Source of the DNA: Candidatus Zhuqueibacterota bacterium
GTDB taxonomy: Bacteria > Zhuqueibacterota > Zhuqueibacteria > Thermofontimicrobiales > Thermofontimicrobiaceae
DNA length: 64,000 nt
Direction: 5' to 3'
Assembly: GCA_049322915.1 (NCBI GenBank)
Contig: JBMOPW010000003.1
Location: forward strand, 64,001-128,000
This document shows, piece after piece, positions 1 through 11,405 of the stretch. The notes beneath the pieces were generated by a model that worked only from the letters and a program-made list of their open reading frames with translations, had not been told where the DNA came from and ran no database searches. Position 1 is the first letter of the stretch. Each line of letters starts with the position of its first letter. The translations under genes were made by a program, and so were the position numbers.

Positions 1-1941
<1,941 letters not shown>

Positions 1942-2132
1942 CGGATTGGAACGGCGCTCATCGGAAACGTCGGCAGATCTGCATTTTTTAAAATCCGAAA
2001 TGGACGGGGAAAGCGCCCGGCGGGAGGCGCTGCTTCAATCCGATCCGGGATTCAAATGAAATCGCCGGACTGTGCTGAACAGGCCAATTACGATTCACGT
2101 CAATTCACAACTCGGAGAGAGAGAATATCGCC

Positions 2133-2990
2133 TTGGAATCAGTGCTGAACTATGTCGTGCAGGTTGGTTTAATCTCCAGCAAACTTCTGCTGGGTCTCTT
2201 TTTCCCCATTGTTTTTTCATGCTTCATCTTAAATCTATTAGCCAAAGAACAGAACCGGCGGCTCTATTACATTGGCGGCTGGAAAGCACTGCTGGCAACG
2301 GCATGGATCGGCACGCCCATCCACGAACTGAGCCATTACCTGGCCGCCGTCGTGGCCAGTCACAAAGTCGTTGAAATTCAGCTATTCAAACCGGACAAGC
2401 ACACCGGGTCCATGGGTTACGTCACGCACAGTTTTCAGTCGGACAATTTTTATCAGGCGGTCATTGGCAACACGTTCATCGCCATTGCTCCGTTCTTCGG
2501 CGGCGCAGGCGTCATTTATCTCATCAGCACGCTGGTCTTTCCTGATTTTTCGCTGTTCACCCGGGACGTGCCTCAAATTTACTACCTCACTCTGGACAAC
2601 GCGTTGCAGTGGAAAAGTTACCTGATGTTCGGGCAATCCGCCTATTACTTTTTCGACCACCTGTTCGATACGATGTTTGCCCCGGCCATGCTGGGCGATT
2701 GGAAGCTTTACGTTTTTCTATTTTTAATGCTGGGCATCGCCAACCATTTATCCCCCTCAGGCTCTGATTTCAAATATTTCTGGACGCCTCTCCTCATCTT
2801 CGTGTTCACAATTTTTCTGCTCAACCTCATCATCTACCCGCTCGTCAGGGAGCCGGAAGCCATCATCACCACGGCGTCGAGATACGTGTTCGTCTTTTTG
2901 CCAATTCTGTATCTTTCAATTTTCATCAGCGCCCTGGGACTGCTGGTCACGTTCATCCTGTCCATGATTGTGTGGGTGTTCAAACGATAG
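2133..2990 (+). CDS. Integral membrane protein, putative M50-like zinc metalloprotease
   Basis: Several hydrophobic segments, an HExxH motif (IHELSH) and a downstream IAP motif. TTG start with GGAG upstream. Confidence 0.6.
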   Translation: MESVLNYVVQVGLISSKLLLGLFFPIVFSCFILNLLAKEQNRRLYYIGGWKALLATAWIGTPIHELSHYLAAVVASHKVVEIQLFKPDKHTGSMGYVTHSFQSDNFYQAVIGNTFIAIAPFFGGAGVIYLISTLVFPDFSLFTRDVPQIYYLTLDNALQWKSYLMFGQSAYYFFDHLFDTMFAPAMLGDWKLYVFLFLMLGIANHLSPSGSDFKYFWTPLLIFVFTIFLLNLIIYPLVREPEAIITTASRYVFVFLPILYLSIFISALGLLVTFILSMIVWVFKR

Positions 2991-2999
2991 ACCGTTCTG

Positions 3000-4034
3000 C
3001 TATCCGAACAATTGCGCCAGCGCTTTTTTTGTCATTTCGATATCGTCGCGTCCCACTTCCAGGCTGGTCACCGCCCGCACCAGCTTTTCTCCGAATCCAA
3101 TCATGAGAATACCGCGCTCCGCCAGCTTGCTCAGTACTTGCGGCACTGTCAGCCCGGATTCAGCCACATCGAACACGATGATATTGGTCTCCACATGATT
3201 CGGATGGATGCGGAATCCTTTGATTTCCCCGATGGCCTGGGCCAGCATTTTCGCATGGGCATGGTCGTCGGCCAGGCGCTCCACGTTGTTTTCCAGCGCG
3301 TACAATGCGGCAGCGGCCAGAATACCCACCTGTCGCATTCCGCCTCCCAGCATTTTGCGGAATCGATGCGCCCGCCGGATGAACTCGGTCGAACCAGCCA
3401 GGATCGATCCCACCGGCGCGCCCAATCCTTTTGAAAAACAGAACATCAGCGAATCGAAATGCCGGGCATAGGTCGCGGCGCTGACGCCGGTGGCGACGCA
3501 CGCATTGAACAATCGGGCGCCATCCAGGTGCATGCGGATGGAATGTTGCAGCGTCAACTGCCGAATGGCCGCGATGTCATCGAGTGGGTAAATTGCGCCG
3601 CTGCCGCGGTTGTGAGTGTTTTCCAGACAAAGCAGCCGCGTTGCCGGAATGTGCACGTTGGGCTCGCGGATAGCCTGTTTAATCTGCGCCGCAGATAAAA
3701 TGCCGCGATTGCCGGGAATGGGATTCAATTGCACGCCGGCCAGAGCGCCGGCGCCACCGACTTCGTAATTGTAGGTATGGGACTCGCGCTCAACGATCAC
3801 CTCGTCCCCTGGCTGCGTGTGAGTTAAAATCGCGATGAGATTGGCCATAGTCCCGGACGGCGTGAACAGGGCAGCTTCCTTGCCCAGCAGGTCCGCCACT
3901 TTCGCCTGTAATTTATTCATCGTGGGATCATCGCCAAACACGTCGTCTCCCACTTCAGCTTCGGCCATGGCGCGCCGCATGGCCGGGGATGGTTTGGTCA
4001 CGGTATCGCTTCGGAGATCAATAATTCGTTTCAT
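3000..4034 (-). CDS. ltaE: Low-specificity L-threonine aldolase
   Basis: Motifs [32 protein letters not shown] and SKGLGAPVG (PLP lysine). Confidence 0.95.
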   Translation of the reverse strand: MKRIIDLRSDTVTKPSPAMRRAMAEAEVGDDVFGDDPTMNKLQAKVADLLGKEAALFTPSGTMANLIAILTHTQPGDEVIVERESHTYNYEVGGAGALAGVQLNPIPGNRGILSAAQIKQAIREPNVHIPATRLLCLENTHNRGSGAIYPLDDIAAIRQLTLQHSIRMHLDGARLFNACVATGVSAATYARHFDSLMFCFSKGLGAPVGSILAGSTEFIRRAHRFRKMLGGGMRQVGILAAAALYALENNVERLADDHAHAKMLAQAIGEIKGFRIHPNHVETNIIVFDVAESGLTVPQVLSKLAERGILMIGFGEKLVRAVTSLEVGRDDIEMTKKALAQLFG

Positions 4035-4205
4035 GGGCTTCCCTCATAAAAGTGTTTTTTAACTCTGCTCTTCTGCGGCGGTCTCTGCCACAGGACTTTT
4101 TCACTATCATTCGCACCGTTCAATTCACGACGCGGCCGGCAATTCCCCGTCGACTGGCGAGTTGTCCCAACAATGCGCCTTTGCTGCTATCGGATTTCAA
4201 CCCGG

Positions 4206-7200
4206 CTAAATCGGCCGTTCCAGGATCATCATTTTGAACTCATCCCGAAAGCCCGCTTGTTTGAGATAGCCGGCGATCTCGGATTTGCGAACCGGCGCGC
4301 CGTTCCATTCTTCAACCCGAATTCCCCGAATGCGACGCCAGTTGCCGGGGTCGAACAAAATATCCGGCAGGAGTGAAATTGCGCTCTGCTTTTCTTCGTG
4401 CGACAAGTCGCGCAGCGGGGTCAGCCGTTCGCCTCTGGCTTCGATGGCCAGGATGGGAACGCCGTTCTGCAGCACCAGAAAATTATTGGGATGCCGCAGC
4501 AGCCGCCAGTCCGGAAAGAACGGATGCAGCACCGGCAATGGCGAAGCGGCTCCGTACAGATTGGCCGGATCGCAGGTATTGATCAACGCCATGTGTCCGT
4601 TCGATTCCCTGCGACCGTCGGACCGAAGCAGATCAGCCGCCTCCGGCAGGGCGAATTGCATGCCGGAAAATCCCCGCACAAAATAGCCGCGCCGGATTTC
4701 GCCGCGCCACTCCAGTTGCACCAGCTTCTCGTACAGCGAACGCCACGGCACAGGCCAGTTTTCCAATTGAAAGATCTCCCGACTCACCATCCCGTATCGC
4801 AGCAGGATCTGCCGGGCGAGCGCCTCCAACATCGCGGACGACCCAATCGCGGCGGCATCGCGTCCCGGCAGCAATGCCCAGCGGCCGGAACCGGCCACCG
4901 GCCGATACCGATGTGTGCGGCCGTAGCGTTTTCTGGAAGCCTGGTCTCGGGCAGGGTCATCCGCGCGCTCCGCCGGCTGGGCCGGTTTCCCGGCCCGAAC
5001 CGCGGCCAGGGTGTCGTTGTTCACTTCTCCGCGCCAGATCAATTCCCACAGCGAGGAGCTGACCAGCGACGGCGGCAGCCCGGTTTCGGAGGCAATATCG
5101 CTGACGAAACAGGCGCCCAGTTTCCGCATCGCAGTTTTGATTTTCGCGTGGATGGGCGCGTCCTCCGTGGTTTCCGGGTTGAACTGAAAAATCGGGAAAT
5201 CCTCGCGGAACAGAAACGACAGGTTGCCGAAATCGCCGGTTGCGCTTGCCGTTCCCTGCCATACCACTTCTCCCCGGCGACAAAGATCGTCGATCCATTC
5301 CGGGCGGTAGTCTTCCACGCGCCGGCCGAAAATTTCACTCTCCCACAGATACGCCGGCAGCGATATGCCCTGGAATTGCTCCAGAATCGCGATCAGTCCA
5401 TCGGCGCCGGCGAGCCGCGACGCCCGCGACCGATGCTGCCATTTCAGCAGAAATTCGACGAACTGCGCTGTGTCGCATGTCTGAATTTCGTTCCGCTGCT
5501 GCCGGATGGTGATGCGCCGGATCCGCTCCAACGTCTCCCTGAACGCCCAATGCTCCGGGCGATCCGGCGTTTGCGATGGTACCCGGACGAGATTCTCCTC
5601 TCCCTGAGCGCGATTGAGGAATTCCAGTACGGCCGTCTCTTCAAATCCATAGCGCTGCTGAAGGTGCGCCACAGTCACCAGGGCCTGATGGCGGACGAAG
5701 CGCAGCATAATTTTCCAGCGCGCCTCCTCGGGAGTTACGTCTGTTGGGCCCGGCTCGCTCCAATCGATCCCTTCAAATGCAGCGCGGAATTCCGGCAAGA
5801 GGTCCGCAGCGATCCATCGCTCCGGATCCGTGGCGTTCGGAATTTGGAACTGCACGACGCGCTGCTGCCCGGTCAGTTCCCTGAGCATCGCCTCCCCATC
5901 GCTGCTGATGCACTGCGAAATTTCCGCCGGAGTGAGGTCGCCCATTCGCAGCAGCAGCTCCGCCAATTCGCTGGGAGTCCGCGCCTGATAGCCGGCCAGG
6001 CGATGCTGCAATCGCGCCTCCAGCTCTTCAATGGCCGTTTCGTCCAGCAGATGCTGCACGTTGTCCGGGTGCAGCAGCTCAGCCAGACTGTCTTTGTCCA
6101 GCGAATCAGGGCTTCGATCCTCGGCTTTGGGCGCATCGTATTCGTACATGTACCCGGTCATGAATTCGAACATCATGGACGCTGCGAATGGCGAAGGCGA
6201 TGAACTGCGGCGGATCACCAGGCTCACGTCGCCCCGCTCCAGACGGCCGAGGAATTGTTTCAGTTCATCCAGGGCCAGGAAATCCTGCAACGATTCGCGA
6301 TACGTCTCCATGACAATGGGGAATGACGGGTACTTGCGCGCCACTTCCAGCAGGTCCCGGGAGCGAATCCGTTGTAACCATAACGGCGCGCGCTTCCCGG
6401 GTTGCGGCCGCGGCAGCAGCATGGCGCGATTGGCATTCTGCCGAAACCGCAGGCCAAAGAACGCTGAGTTCGCCAATTCCTCGATGGCCAGCGCTTCCAC
6501 ATTTTCCGAGGTGACGCTCCGAATGACGCGGACGATGGTCTCGAATTTCTCCACCGGGTAGCGAAATACCAGGCCGGCGTCCGAATGCAGCGATTCCGGT
6601 TCAATGCCGAGCTGTCGCCGGAACTGGGCCAGAATGGCTAACTTCCACGGCAGATGCAGCCGTCCTCCGAATGGCGTGAGCAGCGTGACCCGCAAATCGC
6701 CCATTTCATCGGTGAATCCTTCGATGAGCACGGTGCGGTCATCCGGGATGACGCCGGCTTCCCGTTTCTGATCGTTCAAAAATTGAGATAAATTCCGGGC
6801 GGCTGTCTCGTCCAGACTGAATTCGTTTTGAAGCCACGCCAGGAAACCGGGCTGTTCCATTTTATCAGCCACCACGCGGCAGAATTCGCCGTGAAGCTGG
6901 CCCAGATGATAACTGCGACCGAGCATTTCGCCCTTCCAGAACGGCATTCGCGCCGGCTCCCCCGGCGCCGGCGTGACAATCACCCGGTCGTGCGTGATTT
7001 CTTTGATGCGCCAGTTATTCGTACCGAGGATGATGACCTCGCCCAACCGACGCTCGAAAATAAATTCCTCCTCCAGTTCACCGATTTTGGTGGCATTGTC
7101 CTCCAGATAACAGCCGTACTGGCCGGTGTCCGGGATGGCGCCGGCGCTCATCAGCGCCAGCCGTTGACTGCCCGGCAGCGCGTGCATCACCTGATTGACG

Positions 7201-8675
7201 CGATCCCACGAGATCCGCGGCCGCAACTCGCGGAACGTCTCTGCCGGATACCGGCCGGAAATCATTTCAACCACGCCGTAGAAATGCGCTCTGGGCAGAT
7301 TTTGGAACGGATAGGCCTGACGCACCAGATGATACAACGCATCGACCGACCACGGTTGCAGCGCGACCATGGCAATGATTTGCTGAGCCAGAATATCCAG
7401 ACAGTTGCGGGGAATTTTTATGGGCGACACATCGCCGCGGCGCATGGCCCGCGTGACCACCGCCATTTCCAGCAGGTCGGAGCGCATCTTGGGCAGCAGT
7501 CGGCCTTTGCTGGCGGTTTTGTACAAGTGGCCGGCGCGACCCACTCGCTGCAAACCGCGCGCGATGTCCTTGGGCGATTCCACCTGACACACAAGATCGA
7601 TGGCCCCCATATCAATGCCCAACTCCAGTGTGGCCGTGGCGACCAACGCTGTCAATTCGCCCCGCTTCAACTGCGCCTCGATGTCCCGACGCGCTTCTTT
7701 GGACACGCTGCCGTGATGCGCTTTGGCCAGTTCATAGCCGGCGCGCTCGTTGATCTCAGCGGTGATCCGCTCCGCTGCCGCGCGGCTGTTGGTGAAAATC
7801 AACGTGGACCGATGCTGCTGAATGAGTTCCAGTAGTTTTTGGTAAATGTCCGGCCAGACCGTATCTTCCGGCAAATCCCGGAAATCGTCCACCGGGGAAA
7901 CGATGCGGAGATCCAGTTCCTTGCGAATGCCGGCGTCCACGATGGTCACCGGCCGCGCCTTGAACTGCGTTTCACCATCCGTCTCAATCCGATCGCACCC
8001 GGCCAGGAATTTGGCGATTTCTTCCAACGGCTTTTGCGTAGCCGATAAGCCGATGCGCACCAGCCTCTGCGCCGCGATCTGCTGGAGACGCTCCAGCAGA
8101 ATGCTGAGAAAAGTACCCCGCTTGTTGTCGGACAGGGCGTGGATTTCATCGACGATGACGAACTTCACCGTCCTCAGAATTTCGCGGGCGCGCTGCGAGG
8201 TGAGCAGCAGATGAAGCGATTCCGGCGTGGTGATTAAAATATGCGGCGGCCGACGCAACATGCGCTGGCGTTCCTTTTGAGGCGTGTCCCCGGTGCGAAC
8301 GGCCACTTCAATCCGGGGGATGGTCATTTCCAATTCGGTGAGTTTTTGCCAGATGCCGGCCAGCGGCTGCCGGAGGTTTCGTTCGATATCGTAGTTCAGC
8401 GCCTTGAGAGGAGAAATGTACAGCGTGTGAACGCCGGCGTCCAGTGCCTGTGGATTTTCCGCGAGCTGTTTCAGAATGTCATCCATGCAGACTAAAAACG
8501 CGGCCAGCGTTTTCCCTGAGCCGGTCGGCGCCAGGATGAGCGTGTTTTCACCCTGCGCAATGGCAGGCCAACCGTTCACCTGGGGCGGCGTCGGCTGCTC
8601 GAATTCAGATTTGAACCACTGCTGGATGGCCGGGTGGAAGGAGTCGAGGGGGTTGATTTTCTCATCTATTGCCAT
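4206..8675 (-). CDS. lhr: Lhr-family SF2 ATP-dependent helicase, long form with C-terminal domain
   Basis: Motifs APTGSGKT, DEIH, SAT, LELGID and QRVGRAGH, plus the Lhr C-terminal RRGYFV and DPANLYG motifs. 1489 aa. Confidence 0.93.
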   Translation of the reverse strand: MAIDEKINPLDSFHPAIQQWFKSEFEQPTPPQVNGWPAIAQGENTLILAPTGSGKTLAAFLVCMDDILKQLAENPQALDAGVHTLYISPLKALNYDIERNLRQPLAGIWQKLTELEMTIPRIEVAVRTGDTPQKERQRMLRRPPHILITTPESLHLLLTSQRAREILRTVKFVIVDEIHALSDNKRGTFLSILLERLQQIAAQRLVRIGLSATQKPLEEIAKFLAGCDRIETDGETQFKARPVTIVDAGIRKELDLRIVSPVDDFRDLPEDTVWPDIYQKLLELIQQHRSTLIFTNSRAAAERITAEINERAGYELAKAHHGSVSKEARRDIEAQLKRGELTALVATATLELGIDMGAIDLVCQVESPKDIARGLQRVGRAGHLYKTASKGRLLPKMRSDLLEMAVVTRAMRRGDVSPIKIPRNCLDILAQQIIAMVALQPWSVDALYHLVRQAYPFQNLPRAHFYGVVEMISGRYPAETFRELRPRISWDRVNQVMHALPGSQRLALMSAGAIPDTGQYGCYLEDNATKIGELEEEFIFERRLGEVIILGTNNWRIKEITHDRVIVTPAPGEPARMPFWKGEMLGRSYHLGQLHGEFCRVVADKMEQPGFLAWLQNEFSLDETAARNLSQFLNDQKREAGVIPDDRTVLIEGFTDEMGDLRVTLLTPFGGRLHLPWKLAILAQFRRQLGIEPESLHSDAGLVFRYPVEKFETIVRVIRSVTSENVEALAIEELANSAFFGLRFRQNANRAMLLPRPQPGKRAPLWLQRIRSRDLLEVARKYPSFPIVMETYRESLQDFLALDELKQFLGRLERGDVSLVIRRSSSPSPFAASMMFEFMTGYMYEYDAPKAEDRSPDSLDKDSLAELLHPDNVQHLLDETAIEELEARLQHRLAGYQARTPSELAELLLRMGDLTPAEISQCISSDGEAMLRELTGQQRVVQFQIPNATDPERWIAADLLPEFRAAFEGIDWSEPGPTDVTPEEARWKIMLRFVRHQALVTVAHLQQRYGFEETAVLEFLNRAQGEENLVRVPSQTPDRPEHWAFRETLERIRRITIRQQRNEIQTCDTAQFVEFLLKWQHRSRASRLAGADGLIAILEQFQGISLPAYLWESEIFGRRVEDYRPEWIDDLCRRGEVVWQGTASATGDFGNLSFLFREDFPIFQFNPETTEDAPIHAKIKTAMRKLGACFVSDIASETGLPPSLVSSSLWELIWRGEVNNDTLAAVRAGKPAQPAERADDPARDQASRKRYGRTHRYRPVAGSGRWALLPGRDAAAIGSSAMLEALARQILLRYGMVSREIFQLENWPVPWRSLYEKLVQLEWRGEIRRGYFVRGFSGMQFALPEAADLLRSDGRRESNGHMALINTCDPANLYGAASPLPVLHPFFPDWRLLRHPNNFLVLQNGVPILAIEARGERLTPLRDLSHEEKQSAISLLPDILFDPGNWRRIRGIRVEEWNGAPVRKSEIAGYLKQAGFRDEFKMMILERPI

Positions 8676-8854
8676 GCGCCACTGCTAGAAAAATATATGC
8701 GTTTGTGATTAGAACACAATGGATTATTTCTGAGGAAGCGCGGCCCGGTCGCAGCAGCAGACAGGAGATATCGCATCTCCCCGGTTATCTCCATCGGGAC
8801 GAACCTGATCGCGCTGGAAATGTATCCAGCGCAGAGACGGGACTTGAACCAGCC

Positions 8855-10219
8855 TTACTCTAATTTCGCAATGACATTTTCCAGCGTGGTTGTCGTCTGC
8901 TCCCCTGAAATCATGTTTTTCAGCATGACCTCATTTCTCGCCACTTCATCCGGCCCGAGAATGATGACGTAAGGGATTCCCTTTTTATCCGCATATTTGA
9001 ACTGCTTTTTCAGTCCGCCGGTCTCGAAAAAAACTTCAGTATTGATGCCTGCGTCGCGCAGCCGCCGGGTAATTTGCAGGCTCAGCTTTTTCGTGTCCTC
9101 GTCGAACATGGTCACCAAAACCTGGGTGGTCGTTTTGGTCTCCGGCAGCATATTCAGCTCGGTCATCACGTCTATGATGCGCTCGATGCCGATGGTGGTT
9201 CCTGTGGCCGGGATATTCCTTCCCAAAAACATGCCGACCAGTTCGTCGTACCGGCCGCCGCCGGTGAGACTGCCAATTTTTGGCCTTTCCACCACGGATT
9301 CGTAGATCGGGCCGGTGTAATAATTCAGCCCGCGCGCCAGGTACAGATCCAGCGTGTAATTATCTTCGGACACGCCCAGATCGTGAATGAGCGGAATCAA
9401 CTCTTCGAGTTCCAGAACGCCGGCCATGCCGATCTCCGAAACTTGCAGCAATTGGGTGATGTCGGAGAGAATCGTGTCCATTTCCCCGCTAATTTCCAAT
9501 ATGGGCAAAATCTTATCGATGCTCGGCTGAGGGATTTCCCGTTTCACAAGCTCTTCTTTCACACCATCCAGCCCGATTTTCTCCAGCTTGTCGATGGCGA
9601 TGCACACCTCCGTTCCCCGATCTGCCTGGACCCCGGCATATTCGACAATGCCGGAAAGGACTTTCCGATTGTTGATCCGGATTTTAAATTGCTCAAAGCC
9701 CAATGTCGACAGGATTTCATTGATGAGCGAAATGATCTCCGCATCGGCCATCATGGATGCGCTGCCTACGGTGTCGGCGTCGCACTGAAAGAATTCCCGG
9801 TAGCGGCCTTTTTGCGGTCGCTCGGCGCGCCATACCGGCTGGATCTGGTAGCGCTTGAACGGCAGGGTGATTTCGTTCTGATACATGGCAATGACGCGGC
9901 TGAGAGGCACAGTCAAATCGTAGCGCAGCGCATAATCGACGATGTCTTTGTAATCCCGAAATGTGAACTCGCTGATCTCCCGACCCACCTTCTCAATGTC
10001 CGTGCCCCGTTTCAGAATTTTGAAAATGAGTTGGTCGCCTTCATCGCCGTATTTGCCGGACAGAACCTCCAATTTCTCAATCGCCGGCGTTTCCAGCGGT
10101 TCATAGCCATGCTTCTCGAAAACGCGCTGAATGGTCTCCATCACCAATCTCCGCTTCAGCATTTTCTCCGGCAAAATATCGCGCATGCCTCTCGGCGTGC
10201 TCGGTTTGATAATTTCCAT
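8855..10219 (-). CDS. hisS: Histidyl-tRNA synthetase
   Basis: Motifs PRGMRD, LRYDLTVP, RAERPQKGRYREF, RGLNYYTG and GGGRYD. ATG at 10219 follows a GGAG; GTG at 10234 is an alternative start. Confidence 0.96.
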   Translation of the reverse strand: MEIIKPSTPRGMRDILPEKMLKRRLVMETIQRVFEKHGYEPLETPAIEKLEVLSGKYGDEGDQLIFKILKRGTDIEKVGREISEFTFRDYKDIVDYALRYDLTVPLSRVIAMYQNEITLPFKRYQIQPVWRAERPQKGRYREFFQCDADTVGSASMMADAEIISLINEILSTLGFEQFKIRINNRKVLSGIVEYAGVQADRGTEVCIAIDKLEKIGLDGVKEELVKREIPQPSIDKILPILEISGEMDTILSDITQLLQVSEIGMAGVLELEELIPLIHDLGVSEDNYTLDLYLARGLNYYTGPIYESVVERPKIGSLTGGGRYDELVGMFLGRNIPATGTTIGIERIIDVMTELNMLPETKTTTQVLVTMFDEDTKKLSLQITRRLRDAGINTEVFFETGGLKKQFKYADKKGIPYVIILGPDEVARNEVMLKNMISGEQTTTTLENVIAKLE

Positions 10220-10679
10220 ACCTGATGTCTCCACAGTTGATTTTCAATCGCGAAAAAACCCCATCATCCACTGACAACAGGGTGTGGCGCTGCGTTTTTC
10301 AGCCAACACCGTGACTCATGACTGCGTCCCATCGACTCGGGCGTCTCCATAATTCCGCCCATCAATCGGTTTTTTTGCTGGTTAAAGTAAATATTTTTTT
10401 CTTATGATGCAAGAGATTTTTCCGGCAGGTTCCCCTTCTTTCAAAACCATGTTGCGGGAACATCAGCGCGCCGTCAGTGAAGCGCCCGTTGTCCCGGCTG
10501 CTGACCGGACATTCACCCGATACCTTCGGAAAAGTTATCAGGAATTTCATCTTCTCACAAATCCGGTCTTGCTTTTTTCAAGAAAATTATTATCTTATTT
10601 GGTGCGTTTTTCAAATGCGCAATCCCGAAGCTCCGTACGAGCTGCGAAGATAGTCACCCTCAATCCAGGGAGCTATTCC

Positions 10680-11402
10680 ATGAGAGCAACTATCCTTTTC
10701 CTGACGGTCGCCATCTTGCTGGCCGGTGCTCTGTCAACTTCGAACGGACAGGAAGCAGGGGAGATGAAGCGATCGGACTATGGCGTCTTCAGCTTCTGGC
10801 AGAGCGTGACGCTGCCCGGCGCGCCGGGGATCATCTACGATGCCATCACCGGGGATATCAGCGGATGGTGGGATCACACCTTCTCCGGAAAGCCGGCGCG
10901 TTTTTTCATCGAGCCCAAACCCGGCGGCGGCTTCTATCCTGAATTATTCATGAACTTGCTCAGAATTTGAGTCAACATTCAGATTTTCAATTAGCTAAAA
11001 GCTAAGCTATTTTGAAACTAAGTTTTTGTACGTTTATTCTAAAAAGAGCACCATTCAGGTTAGCCAGCCTCCTTTAAAAATACTATGAATAATGCAGGCT
11101 ATGAAATTTTTGATGAAAGCGGCGATGGCGTGTTACACGCCACGGTCATTTATGCCCAGCGCGGCAAACTGCTGCGGTTCGAGGGCCCGCTCGGCCTTTC
11201 CGGCAGAGCCGTGACGCTCGTGTGCAGCTATTCTTTCGCTGCGGTCGGCGCCGATTCCACAAAACTGATATTGGACGTCCATATAGCCGGTGAAATCGAT
11301 GCCGCCACAGCGCAGATCGTGAAAAGCGTCTGGCATCATTTCATCATCGAACAATTTAAACCCTACATCGAATTGGGCAAGCACCTGAAGAAAAAGGACT
11401 GA
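10680..11402 (+). pseudogene. Secreted SRPBCC/START-fold protein gene interrupted by a 161 bp MITE
   Basis: Removing 10938-11098 plus one CTAT copy restores the in-frame ...PKPGGGFY|EIFDESGDG... and gives a 185 aa protein with a signal peptide. The GWW..F, EPKPGG.FYE and LRFEGPLG motifs are SRPBCC-like. Confidence 0.85.
10938..11098. mobile_element. MITE, copy 1 (IS1380-like ends)
   Basis: TIRs CCTGAATTATTCAT / ATGAATAATGCAGG match at 13 of 14 bases. Flanked by a CTAT duplication (10934-10937, 11099-11102). Family assignment is inference. Confidence 0.88.
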
Positions 11403-11405
11403 GTC

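Noticed and set aside
4398..6203. Long antisense ORFs (601 aa here; also 9074-10225, 403-1311 and others)
   Set aside because: They are shadows of well-supported genes on the opposite strand and have no recognisable motifs.
10235..10400. T-box or attenuator upstream of hisS
   Set aside because: Some hairpins are present, but there is no GGTGGNACCGCG T-box motif and no His-rich leader peptide.
10404..10679. N-terminal extension of the 188 aa ORF
   Set aside because: It runs through an AT-rich promoter-like region. The signal peptide and the GGAG RBS point to ATG 10680.
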